Shown one piece after another: positions 20,495 through 30,645 of a stretch of DNA of 64,000 bases. The position numbers and the translations under genes are program-made. Location: positions 128,001 through 192,000 of the forward strand of contig JBALDB010000028.1 of the NCBI GenBank assembly GCA_036918135.1, read 5' to 3'. Origin of the DNA: Nostoc sp. (lineage in GTDB: Bacteria; Cyanobacteriota; Cyanobacteriia; Cyanobacteriales; Nostocaceae). Under the pieces are notes generated by a model. That model had not been told where the DNA came from. It made no database searches and saw only the letters and a program-made list of their open reading frames with translations. Within the stretch, counting starts at the first letter, position 1. Each line of letters opens with the position of its first letter.

Positions 20495-21072
20495 TAATAA
20501 GTATTTATCAGCAAATAATATAAAGAGTATGCAAAGATATCGCTGGGGATGACATGTAAGTAAATATTCTGTATTAACTTAGTATAGTGTTATTAGATGT
20601 TTCCTATTTCTCGGCTAAGCACTCCGAGGGCGATCGCCCATAACAAGGGGATGACAATTATTTTGCCTATCTCCTATTAAAGTTCCCTATTAAAAAAACC
20701 AAATATGAAGTGTGTATTAGGCATTCAAGCTTAATTTTTTGATGTTTTTTGAGAGATGCCGGGGTTCGATCGCGCCTGAGCTACCAATCGAGGATAATTA
20801 AAAAAAGCCTGCCTGAAACGACGGATTGTACTGAATCCACACCCTCATAAATTTCTACAGTGCTTAAGACTTAAATAGTCCTTAATAGTTGGATAAGTAC
20901 TACAACAGCACTAGTTAAAAGCTGAATCTTCACAGAAAAATTCTAAACCCTCAAGGGGGAGATTTAACTGTGTCGAAAGCATCTACTTTCGGCTAATTTT
21001 TGTGTTCTCAAACACTAACAGTAACTTGAGAACTGAAATTACTTCAAAAATTTATTCAGGTAGGAAAAAGTA
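20495..21072 (+). promoter_or_regulatory. Conserved upstream region of RTX gene 3, homologous to 14540-15130
   Basis: Colinear sequence blocks and conserved hairpins shared with the region before gene 1. Confidence 0.75.
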
Positions 21073-23466
21073 ATGGCAAATATCATTGGAACGAACGCAA
21101 ACGATACTTTACTGGGCACCAACAGCGCAGACACAATTAACGGTAAAGCTGGCAACGATATCATCACAGCAAATCAGGGCAATGACACCTTAACTGGTGG
21201 TGGTGGTAAGGATATATTTGTTTACAACTTTGGTGACGGCACTGATACAATCACTGATTTCGGTGGTGTGGGTGAAGGCACAAATCCCTCAGCAGCAGTC
21301 ATTGCCGAAGTGGATACCATTAAATTTGAAGACTTCACAGCCAGAAATATGCTGCTCACCCAGAATGGCAGCAATCTGGAAATCACGTTTGAAGGAGTAG
21401 ATGATACAAAAGTCATCCTACAAAACTTTAAATTAGAAAACTTGGAGAACCTGAAAGCTTCTGGAACAAAACCAGCTATCGGCAATATTCTATTTTCTAA
21501 CCAAACTAGTATCACGGACAGTTTTAATGTTCTCGATGCCAACTCGACAGAAACTAGCCTGGGTATCAAGAACATGGTCACTTTTCTTAATGACCTCGAC
21601 AATAATATTACGGGTTTAGATAACTCAGATGATGTTGTCAATGGTCAAGGGGGCAATGACAAAATCGACGGCAAGAGTGGTAACGACCTTTTGAGGGGTG
21701 GTATCGGCAATGATACTCTCATTGGTGGTGTAGGCAATGATACTCTCATTGGCGGTGCAGGCAATAACACCCTCAAGGGTAATGCTGGTGACGATTACTT
21801 GAGTGCTGACTTTTTAATAGGCAATAATCTGTTGGATGGTGGCGATGACAATGATTCTCTGTTTGCGTCTGGAAACCAGTATTTACGTACTGTTGCGTCA
21901 GGCAATAATACCCTTAAGGGTGGTGCTGGTGACGATTTATTGAATGCAGACATCTCAACAGGCGATAATTTCCTAGATGGAGGGAATGGTAATGATAGTC
22001 TCTCCGCTCAAGGCGACTACTATTTTGACGAAGGTAGATATTTACAGCTCTATTTTGCCTCAGGCAACAACACTCTCAAAGGCGGTGCTGGTGACGATAG
22101 ATTGAATGTTGACATTTCAACAGGCGATAATCTACTCTATGGGGGCGTTGGTGACGATTTCTTGACTGCTAGAGATTCAACAGGCGATAACCTACTCTCT
22201 GGGCAGGATGGCAATGATGCACTCATCCTTTCTAGCTCATATCTTGATGGGGTGTCTGGTAATAATACCCTCAAAGGTGGTGCTGGTGATGATGACTTAG
22301 AAGTGACAAATATAACAGGTAATAACCTACTAGATGGTGGCAATGGGAATGACACTTTTATTTTAGAGCAATTGTCTACTGTCGTTTCCTCCTCAGTAAC
22401 TCAAACGGTAGATGGAGGAACAGGTAACGACGATGTTTTGTACATCAATTTCTACTATGGCGATCCTAGTGAGGCAATTACATCTACTTTCAATGCCAGT
22501 ACTAACACTGGCTCAATTACGGTGGGTACAAATCAGGTTAACTACAGTAATATCGAACGATTAGGTATTAGAGGTACATACGACGACGACAATATTGTCG
22601 GGACTAATGGTAACGATACACTCTACGGTGGCAGTAACGGCAATGATACGATTATTGGTGGTAAAGGTAATGATTACTTGGATCTCGACGCTTCAACAGG
22701 TAATAACCTGCTCTCTGGAGACGATGGCAATGATTCTCTGTTTGCCGATGGCATCTTGAGATACTACCGCGAAGATTTGCTGTCTGCCGATGCTATCTCT
22801 GGTAATAACACCCTCAACGGTGGTAGTGGTAATGATATTTTAAATGCTAACTTTTCATCAGGTAATAACCTGCTCTCTGGAGGTGATGGCAATGATTCTT
22901 TATTTGCCTGTGCCGAGTTCGACGACACCAGCAACGGCAGATATGACTCCTCCGGTAATAACACTCTTAATGGTGGTGCTGGTGACGATTACTTGGATGT
23001 TAGCTACTCATCAGGCGATAATCTACTCGATGGTGGCGATGATAATGATATTCTCACAGCCTTTGATGCCACTGGTAAAAATATCCTCAAAGGTGGTAAT
23101 GGCAACGATATCCTCACAGGCGGCAAAGGTAATGATAGCCTCTATGGAGGAAGTGGTACTGATACCTTTGTTTTCAATAATTTCAATCAAGGTGTTGACA
23201 GAATTTATGACTTCAATGCCACTAATGAACTGATTCAGGTATCGGCTGCTGGTTTTGGTGGTGATTTATCACCAAGTTCACTTGAGACAAGTCAGTTTAC
23301 AATCGGAGCATCTGCAACCACAACTAGTCAGCGATTTATTTATAACTCCACTACAGGTGCATTATTCTTTGACTCTGATGGCAGTGCGGGTGCATTTACT
23401 CAAGTACAATTTGCACAACTTACTGCTGGGTTGTCATTAACCAACAATAATTTTGTAATTGTTTAA
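21073..23466 (+). CDS. RTX/hemolysin-type calcium-binding repeat protein (paralog 3)
   Basis: GGxGxDxL repeats plus one extra insert (YSNIERLGIRGT); same C-terminal motif. Confidence 0.92.
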   Translation: MANIIGTNANDTLLGTNSADTINGKAGNDIITANQGNDTLTGGGGKDIFVYNFGDGTDTITDFGGVGEGTNPSAAVIAEVDTIKFEDFTARNMLLTQNGSNLEITFEGVDDTKVILQNFKLENLENLKASGTKPAIGNILFSNQTSITDSFNVLDANSTETSLGIKNMVTFLNDLDNNITGLDNSDDVVNGQGGNDKIDGKSGNDLLRGGIGNDTLIGGVGNDTLIGGAGNNTLKGNAGDDYLSADFLIGNNLLDGGDDNDSLFASGNQYLRTVASGNNTLKGGAGDDLLNADISTGDNFLDGGNGNDSLSAQGDYYFDEGRYLQLYFASGNNTLKGGAGDDRLNVDISTGDNLLYGGVGDDFLTARDSTGDNLLSGQDGNDALILSSSYLDGVSGNNTLKGGAGDDDLEVTNITGNNLLDGGNGNDTFILEQLSTVVSSSVTQTVDGGTGNDDVLYINFYYGDPSEAITSTFNASTNTGSITVGTNQVNYSNIERLGIRGTYDDDNIVGTNGNDTLYGGSNGNDTIIGGKGNDYLDLDASTGNNLLSGDDGNDSLFADGILRYYREDLLSADAISGNNTLNGGSGNDILNANFSSGNNLLSGGDGNDSLFACAEFDDTSNGRYDSSGNNTLNGGAGDDYLDVSYSSGDNLLDGGDDNDILTAFDATGKNILKGGNGNDILTGGKGNDSLYGGSGTDTFVFNNFNQGVDRIYDFNATNELIQVSAAGFGGDLSPSSLETSQFTIGASATTTSQRFIYNSTTGALFFDSDGSAGAFTQVQFAQLTAGLSLTNNNFVIV

Positions 23467-23516
23467 TTGTGCTTAATACTCTATCACTCTAAGCAGAGAA
23501 AATAGAAAAATTTTGG

Positions 23517-23548
23517 AATGCGAAGTGTCTAGAGTAGCACTTCGCATT
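23517..23548. terminator. Hairpin between convergent genes
   Basis: AATGCGAAGTG-N10-CACTTCGCATT. Confidence 0.55.
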
Positions 23549-23594
23549 AAATACCATAATAATCTCCATGACAGAACTCGAACAGTCGCCAGCG

Positions 23595-24130
23595 TCAAAA
23601 CTCCCAGGAAATCGTGCCTTGTACGGTAAACGGCGCACTAGGGTTAACAGTGGTTCTAGTTCGGCTAGCTTCAATGTAGTTAACATTAAAAAGATTCTTG
23701 AAGTTAAGACCAAGCCTTAAGTTATTTCGCTGATAAAAAATACTGGCATCAGTCCGCAAGTAGCTATCTGTTTCAAAGGAATTAGCCAGATCCCCCTCAC
23801 GTTCGCCCACGTAGAACAAACCCAAGCCAAAGCCTAGCCCTTTCAATCTCCCGGTTTGCAGTTCATAGGTTGTCCACAAGCTTGCAAAGTTAAATGGCAC
23901 GTTGAAAAGTCGGTTTCCTTGTTGTCCATCGTTACTTTGCGTGACTTTGGCATCGGTGTAGGCATAAGAGGCGATAATATTCCAGCCTGGAAGAATGGAG
24001 CCTGCGACATCCAACTCAATGCCGCGACTTCTCTGCTCTCCGACTGGGATGACAAAATTTGTATTGTTAGGATCGGTCGTGGCGACATTGCTCTTGGTAA
24101 TTTCGTATGCCGCTAGGGTTGCTGTCAACT
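23595..24130 (-). pseudogene. 3' fragment of a TonB-dependent siderophore receptor, cut by IS630
   Basis: GEQRSRGIELD, ASYAYTDAKV, NFKNLFN and terminal ISWEF; only the last ~180 aa remain and homology stops at the IS end. Confidence 0.9.
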
Positions 24131-25208
24131 TACAGCGTTTTTCAATTGAATAGACCACAAATTTAGTAAACTAAAGAGGCAGCAAAAATACTCATAGTTA
24201 TGCCGGCTCCCTACTCAACTGATTTACGCCAACGTGTGATAGATGCTTATGAAGCCGAAAGTTGCGGTCGCAACGCCAACTGGCTGAACGCTTTAAAGTG
24301 AGCTACACGCTTCATTAAAAGGTTAATTCGTCGCTATGGAGACACCGGACAGGTGACACCTTTACCTCATGGAGGTGGTGCGTTAGCGTAGCTCGCCGTT
24401 CGCGTAGCGTCTCGCAGAGAAGGCATCGCTAAAATCAGGACTAGTAGTTTAGCAGTAGTTGAGCAGTTAGTTGATCGGCAACCAGATGCAATACTTGAAG
24501 AATTATGCTCTGGTTTTGCAGCCAAAAGTGGTGTCCAAGTCAGTGTTGCGACTATGCACGCCCGCAGTTCAAAGGTTGAATTTGACTACTAAAAAAAACA
24601 CTATATGCTAGCGAGCAAGACAGTCCAAGAGTTAATCAAATGCGTTTTGATTATCGAGATTGGGTTTTGGGTATAGACCCAGATAATTTGGTATTTGTAG
24701 ATGAATCCGGTTTGAAGTTGGGAATGACGCGACTGTACGGACGTGCAAAAATTGGTGAGCGACTACATGATTCATGTCCTCGCAATCGAGGACAAAATAT
24801 ATCTTTCATAGGAGCTTTAAGTTTGGATGGGCTGATTGCCACTATGAGTATTTCAGGTAGTGTCAATACAGATGTATTTATAACTTACGTGCGAGAAATT
24901 CTAGCACCACAGTTATGGACTGGAGCAATTGTGGTCATGGATAACTTATCAGTACATACTGCTGCGGTGATTCGAGACTCAATTGAAGCAGTTGGCGCAC
25001 GTCTTGTGTTTTTGCCTCCTTACTCACCTGATTTATCTCCGATTGAATTATGTTGGTCAAAACTAAAGCAGTGTTTGCGAACGGCAAAAGTTACAACCCA
25101 TGAAGCACTAAATCAAGTTTTAACTCAGATTGTGAATGAGCAAATCTCCCCTGACGATGCTTGGAGTTGGTTTGCCCACTGTAGTCTATTCATCTGAAAA
25201 CTGCTGTA
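24131..25208 (+). mobile_element. IS630-family insertion sequence with a degenerate transposase
   Basis: Imperfect 28-nt terminal inverted repeats (TACAGCGTTTTTCAATTGAATAGACCAC vs reverse complement of the right end, TACAGCAGTTTTCAGATGAATAGACTAC; 23/28 match) with TA ends. Confidence 0.92.
24200..25197 (+). pseudogene. IS630 transposase: frameshifted HTH part and intact DDE part (24640-25197)
   Basis: MPAPYSTDLRQRVI start; A-run at about 24591-24598; FVDES, VMDNL..H, LPPYSPDLSPIE..W. Confidence 0.88.
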
Positions 25209-25986
25209 ATCCTACTTGCCTTGCTAGTTGCATTAATGATGGTGGATTGTCAAGATTTCCTAGCAAAGTGTCTCTTGCATGGTGAATGCGATTGACATCA
25301 TCTGGCTTTAGCACAGTGGGATTCTGCTTACCCTCTTTTAGTTCCAACTCCTCTTCTAACAGCAGCGTCATTAATTCTAGCGTTTTGCTCTCCAGATACA
25401 TCCGCTTGGTCATTCCGTGGTAAGGACAGCGCAGTATTTGCTGTACAATTTCTTGCATTGCTGGTGCGATCGCTCCACGACGGATATATCTTTCTTGCGT
25501 TGGTTTCCTGACTAGATATTTTAGCTGTGGGGAAACTTCTCCTTCGACATTGCCTGTAAAGGAACGAAATAGCTCTGGTAACATCCAAATGTCTACTCGC
25601 AGATACCGTTCCCCTGCTGAACTTGCACTAACTGCACTCGGATATGCACTATCTCCCGACAACAAGTATTGTCCCCTGTTCCAGGTAAAATGATTCTTTG
25701 TATGCACATCCCAACCTTCACCACCTCCTGAAATACAGAAGCCATAAATTATAATACGGCCTTCACGTTCAGGGACTTTAATAATTAGGCGCTCATGAAG
25801 TTGATAATTACTAATTAATAATCCTAATCCCTCTCGCAATTGAATATTTCGGCAATATCCTTTACCAAACTGAGATGGATATTGCCAAACAATATCAAAC
25901 TCATCTGAGGGGTCGTAGCGTTGCTTAGTTGGTTCATCTTCAAAAAAGATTTCCCAGAAGTAATTGCGCGAAATGGAGATGGTCAT
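25209..25986 (-). pseudogene. AraC/PchR-type regulator truncated in its HTH domain by IS630
   Basis: MTISIS start at 25986; ILRCPYHGMTKRMYLESK; PPSLMQLARQVGL runs straight into the IS end; second HTH absent. Confidence 0.88.
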
Positions 25987-26009
25987 TTTGGGACTGAGCG
26001 ATCGTTGCA

Positions 26010-26034
26010 ATACTTGCAATAGTTTCTCATAAAA
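26010..26034 (-). promoter_or_regulatory. Possible Fur box upstream of araC
   Basis: ATGAGAAACTATTGCAA on the minus strand, an imperfect AT-rich dyad in siderophore-uptake context. Confidence 0.4.
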
Positions 26035-26170
26035 GTTTGGTGTGAAGCGATGTCTATTGACAAGCCCTACCCTTCCCTCGCTATCGCGCACCTTCCCCGA
26101 TGCCTTGGGGAGGGTTAGGGAGGGGTAACGTGACAATTATACACAATTTACCAGACATCATATAACAAAT

Positions 26171-26551
26171 CATGGTGAAATTACTCGTATAATCTAGTTC
26201 TTTCCAAAGCTAATTAAGAATGAAGAGAAAAATGAAAAAGCTTTAGCTATTGTCGAAGAACTGATGCATCGTCCTAATCGTAGCCATGAAGAAAATGAAC
26301 TTTAGAAACTACTAATTACTTTAATTGCAAAGTTTGAGCAAAAATACTATTCACCAGGGAGAGAATCTACACCTCATGGCATATTACTTTTTTTGATGGA
26401 GCAAAAGAACATCGAATAGCCTGATTTAGTAAGTATTTTGGGTAGGTAAAAATATTGTATTCTAAATTATGATTGGATAAGGAAAAATTAGTAAATCCCA
26501 AGCAAAGGTTTTAGGAGATTTTTTCAAGTTGACCCTGATATGTTTATTTGA
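26171..26551 (+). pseudogene. HigA-like antitoxin/XRE-HTH pseudogene
   Basis: Manual translation PKLIKNEEKNEKALAIVEELMHRPNRSHEENEL*KLLITLIAKFEQKYYSPG..STPHGILLFLMEQ..*PDL..ISKSQAK with several stops and frameshifts. Confidence 0.75.
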
Positions 26552-26883
26552 TGGTTAATAGAGCCTATGAATAGCAAATGTAACGATCGCATATATTTTC
26601 ATCCTCTTAATGGTTGAAGATTTGGTAGTAATTTGGTATATTTTTTATATCCTAAGCTTTGGACTAAATCTGCATATAGTAGTAATTTATTACACTTCAT
26701 AAACTTAGGTATTATTGAGCAATGCTAGAGGGAAAATTGCTTCTAGCTTTTTAAGATTAATATTGCTCGGATACTTTGAAAGGTTGAATTAAGTCTCTTG
26801 AATGCCGTCCAGAAGTAAACTGACTACTCCCTGAGCTACTTATATCAGAGGGCTAAGATGCAGTGCTTCAGATGATATCGCTA

Positions 26884-26912
26884 GCGATGTCTACGACGGG
26901 CTACGCCTACGC
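26884..26912. repeat. 21-nt small dispersed repeat inserted in HIP1
   Basis: GCGAT[gtctacgacgggctacgccta]CGC. Confidence 0.8.
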
Positions 26913-26981
26913 GTCAAATTGGATGGAAAAACCAGTCAGACTTAGGTTGTACTTTTGCTGTGGTACTTTTTGGAGGAGTTT

Positions 26982-28046
26982 GTGAATCAGAAAATATCGA
27001 GAAGAGAGTTTGCCACGCTAGCAGGGTCAGGGGTGGTGGCGATCGCTTTAGGTAGCCCACTTCTGGTAAAGTCAGCAGGGGCTGTATCCACACCTGATAC
27101 CCAGATGAAAGCTGTGCTAGATGAACTTGCCTCTTTTAACGCACCGCCGATTGAGAAATTGTCACCCATGAATGCTCGCAACAACCCGACTGTAGCAGAT
27201 GCAGTTATGGGCGTGCTTGCCAAACGTCGCAAATCTGCGGTGGAAATAATCGGGGATATCAACCATCAACTGATACCAGGGCCAGGGGGCGATCTTCTAG
27301 CGCGTATTTATTTACCAAAGGGAAAGGGGCCTTTCCCGGTGCTGGTCTACTTCCACGGCGGTGGCTGGGTAATCGCCAATTTAGATACCTATGATTCATC
27401 GTGCCGCGCTTTGACCAATGCAGCTAACTGTATTGTTGTATCTGTCGCCTATCGCCAAGCCCCAGAACATAAGTTTCCCGCAGCGGCGGAAGATGCTTAT
27501 GCTGCAACTCAATGGGTTATAGCCAATGCTGCCCGAATCAACGGCGACCCCAAGCGGGTTGCAGTCGGCGGTGAGAGCGCAGGTGGTAATTTGGCGGCTG
27601 TCACCTGCTTAATGGCGCGTGACAGAGGTGGCAAGATACCTGTGCATCAGATGTTAATCTATCCTATTACCAATTACGCCTTTGACACACCCTCCTACCA
27701 GGAGAATGCTAACGCCAAGCCGCTCAACAAAGCGATGATGGTCTGGTTCTGGAGCCAATATCTAAACAGTCAGTCTGACGGGAGTAATCCCTATGCTTCA
27801 CCACTGCGAGCAGAAAACCTACGCGGTCTGCCACCTGCGACGGTGATTATGGCAGAAATTGACCCACTGCGTAGTGAAGGAGAAGCCTATGCCAAGCGTT
27901 TGCGTGAGGCGGGTTCCTCTGTAAAGGCAATCAACTATAACGGCGTGACTCATGAATTTTTTGGCACCGGAGCAGTGGTAGATAAGGGTAAACAGGCGGT
28001 TAGGGAGGCAGCAGCCGGACTGCGCTCTGGATTTATGGGTAAGTAA
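26982..28046 (+). CDS. Tat-exported HSL-family alpha/beta hydrolase (esterase/lipase)
   Basis: GGAGGAG RBS then GTG; SRREF twin-arginine signal; HGGGW, GESAGG, DPLR, HEF. Confidence 0.9.
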   Translation: MNQKISRREFATLAGSGVVAIALGSPLLVKSAGAVSTPDTQMKAVLDELASFNAPPIEKLSPMNARNNPTVADAVMGVLAKRRKSAVEIIGDINHQLIPGPGGDLLARIYLPKGKGPFPVLVYFHGGGWVIANLDTYDSSCRALTNAANCIVVSVAYRQAPEHKFPAAAEDAYAATQWVIANAARINGDPKRVAVGGESAGGNLAAVTCLMARDRGGKIPVHQMLIYPITNYAFDTPSYQENANAKPLNKAMMVWFWSQYLNSQSDGSNPYASPLRAENLRGLPPATVIMAEIDPLRSEGEAYAKRLREAGSSVKAINYNGVTHEFFGTGAVVDKGKQAVREAAAGLRSGFMGK

Positions 28047-28277
28047 TCCACTTCGCAACTAGCAAATGAGACACGCACCCCTTCTCTCCGTCTGGAGTGA
28101 GAGGAACTATTGTACTATCTTGTTTAAGATAGTAGAATCGCTTTTAGTGACTTGCCCAAAAAGGAATGAGGAGCGGCAACAACCTATCCCAGCAGACTTA
28201 TTTACCTGCTAAACAAAATTAAATAACACACTACGCAGATTAATTTAACTGTTAAATAGCACTTCACAGCACCTAAC

Positions 28278-30395
28278 ATGACTGAACACAATCCGATCGA
28301 CGAGCAAAGCAAACAGAAGGCTCTAGACTCCTCTCGTCAAGAAGCTGGGGAATATTTGACCACCAATCAGGGAGTGCGGATTAACAACACAAATGATTCG
28401 CTCAAAGCTGGTGAGCGTGGCCCCACATTGGTAGAAGACTTTCACTTCCGCGAGAAACTGGCACACTTTGACCGAGAGCGCATTCCAGAGCGGGTGGTTC
28501 ATGCGCGAGGAGCAGGTGTTCATGGGTACTTCCAGCCTTATGAATCCCTGGCAGAATATACGAAGGCAAAATTTCTCCAAGATCCCTCGGTTAAAACTCC
28601 GGTCTTCGTTCGATTTTCTACGGTTGCCGGGTTCCGGGGTTCAGCTGATACTGCCCGCGATGTACGTGGATTTGCTGTTAGGTTCTACACAGAAGATGGC
28701 AACTACGATATAGTTGGCAACAATATTCCGGTATTTTTTATCCAAGATGCGATCAAGTTTCCTGACTTGATTCATGCTGTGAAACCCGAACCGCACAACG
28801 AGATACCCCAAGCGGGAACCGCTCATGATAACTTCTGGGACTTTATCTCGCTCGTGCCGGAATCGATGCACATGATTATGTGGATACTGTCGGATCGCAC
28901 CCTTCCCAGAAGTTACCGGATGATGCAAGGATTTGGGATTCACACTTTCCGCTTTGTCAACGAACAAGGCAAAGCCAGGTTTGTGAAATTTCACTGGAAG
29001 CCGATTCTAGGCGTGCATTCGATAGTATGGGATGAAGCGCAAAAAGCAGGCGGAAAAGACCCTGATTTCCATCGCCGCGATTTAGGGGATGCGATCGAAA
29101 TGGGCGACTATCCAGAATTTGAACTTGGGGTGCAGATTGTTGAGGAAGAGGACGAATTTAAGTTTGATTTCGATATCCTTGATTCCACCAAGCTGATTCC
29201 CGAAGAATTGGTTCCGGTGAAGCCAATCGGCAAGATGGTACTCAACCGCAACCCAGACAACTACTTTGCCGAAACCGAACAAGTTGCCTTTCAACCTGCC
29301 AATGTTGTACCAGGCATCGATTTCTCGGATGACCCACTGCTGCAAGGTCGGATCTTCTCCTACGCTGATACGCAAGTACACCGTTTGGGAAGCGCAAATT
29401 ATACTGATTTACCAATTAACCGCCCTGTTTGTCCGTTCCATAATAACCAACGGGACGGGGTTATGCAGTACAACATTCCCACTTCAAAGGTAAACTACTT
29501 CCCGAATTCCCTCGGTAATGGTTGCCCGATGAACGCTCCGGAAAATCTTGGCGGCTTTGTCAGCTATAAGGAGCAGGTGGGAGGTCATAAAATTCGAGAA
29601 CGCAGCCCCAGTTTCCAAGACCACTTCAGTCAGGCAACTTTATTCTGGAACAGTTTATCTGAACCGGAGAAAGAACACTTAGTCAAAGCGGTACATTTTG
29701 AGTTAGGCAAAGTGATGAACCTTGCTGTCAAAGAGCGGATGCTAGAGTTATTTAACTCTGTCGATCGTCAACTGGTAACTCGCATTGCTGAGGGATTGGG
29801 CTTACCTGCTCCTACAGAAGTAAAACCAAATCATGGGCAGAAATCTCCGGCGCTCAGTATCCAAACTATGCTAGAGAAGATGCCAGAAAAAACGATTAAG
29901 AGTCGCAAGATTGCAATTCTAGCGGCGGATGGTGTAAATGCTCAGGAACTTAGCACGCTTCAGCAAGCACTAATGCAAGAGGGCGCTCAGGCGAAAATTG
30001 TTGCGACTCATGGCGGTAAAATCAAAGGCGATGATGGCCAGGAAATCCCGGTTGAGATGACCTTTGATACAGCTGCTTCTGTAATGTTTGATGCGGTATA
30101 TGTACCTGGTGGAACGCAGAGTATCAAGGCACTCAAGCAAGAAGGAGAAGCAATTAACTTCATCAATGAGGCATTTAAGCACTATAAAACAATCGCTGCG
30201 ACCAGCGAAGGGGTTGAACTCCTATCGGTGGCTAATATTACAGGCGTGAAGTTATCGCAAAATGGCGCGCGCTCTGACATGGGTGTGGTGACTTCTAGTG
30301 AATCTGACTTGAAGTCTGTAGCTGATGATTTTATCAGTGCGATCGCTCAACATCGGCATTGGATGAGATTTCAAAAGGAAATGGTGCGTGCATAG
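28278..30395 (+). CDS. katE: Large-subunit monofunctional heme catalase (HPII)
   Basis: FDRERIPERVVHARG, RFSTVAG, VGNN, RIFSYADTQ; C-terminal DJ-1-like domain. Confidence 0.95.
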   Translation: MTEHNPIDEQSKQKALDSSRQEAGEYLTTNQGVRINNTNDSLKAGERGPTLVEDFHFREKLAHFDRERIPERVVHARGAGVHGYFQPYESLAEYTKAKFLQDPSVKTPVFVRFSTVAGFRGSADTARDVRGFAVRFYTEDGNYDIVGNNIPVFFIQDAIKFPDLIHAVKPEPHNEIPQAGTAHDNFWDFISLVPESMHMIMWILSDRTLPRSYRMMQGFGIHTFRFVNEQGKARFVKFHWKPILGVHSIVWDEAQKAGGKDPDFHRRDLGDAIEMGDYPEFELGVQIVEEEDEFKFDFDILDSTKLIPEELVPVKPIGKMVLNRNPDNYFAETEQVAFQPANVVPGIDFSDDPLLQGRIFSYADTQVHRLGSANYTDLPINRPVCPFHNNQRDGVMQYNIPTSKVNYFPNSLGNGCPMNAPENLGGFVSYKEQVGGHKIRERSPSFQDHFSQATLFWNSLSEPEKEHLVKAVHFELGKVMNLAVKERMLELFNSVDRQLVTRIAEGLGLPAPTEVKPNHGQKSPALSIQTMLEKMPEKTIKSRKIAILAADGVNAQELSTLQQALMQEGAQAKIVATHGGKIKGDDGQEIPVEMTFDTAASVMFDAVYVPGGTQSIKALKQEGEAINFINEAFKHYKTIAATSEGVELLSVANITGVKLSQNGARSDMGVVTSSESDLKSVADDFISAIAQHRHWMRFQKEMVRA

Positions 30396-30645
30396 GTAGT
30401 TTATAACAGAAGCTATGTAGAAAAAACTACACTTTCATCCACATTTTACAAGCGATCGCACTAAATGGCAGTTTATGCGCTCGCTTTTCATATAATGTCC
30501 GGAAAGTGACACAAGATGGATAATATAGCCGTAGTCACACTCTTTAAGACACAAGGATGGGGTGAATGCTAGAGTTAGCAATAGTTTTACCTCCTGCCTT
30601 TGCGCTAAAGCCTCCTGCCTCCTGCTATAAGCAATCGCACCTTTT

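Noticed and set aside
15131..23466. Diversity-generating retroelement as the source of RTX loop variation
   Set aside because: No reverse transcriptase or template repeat in the window, and loop differences include indels and non-adenine changes.
15131..23466. RTX cytotoxin operon
   Set aside because: No pore-forming or catalytic domain, acyltransferase or type I secretion genes are visible.
25987..26136. N-terminal 50 aa of the tracked AraC ORF
   Set aside because: Runs through a palindromic repeat and the probable promoter; MTISIS at 25986 is the likelier start.
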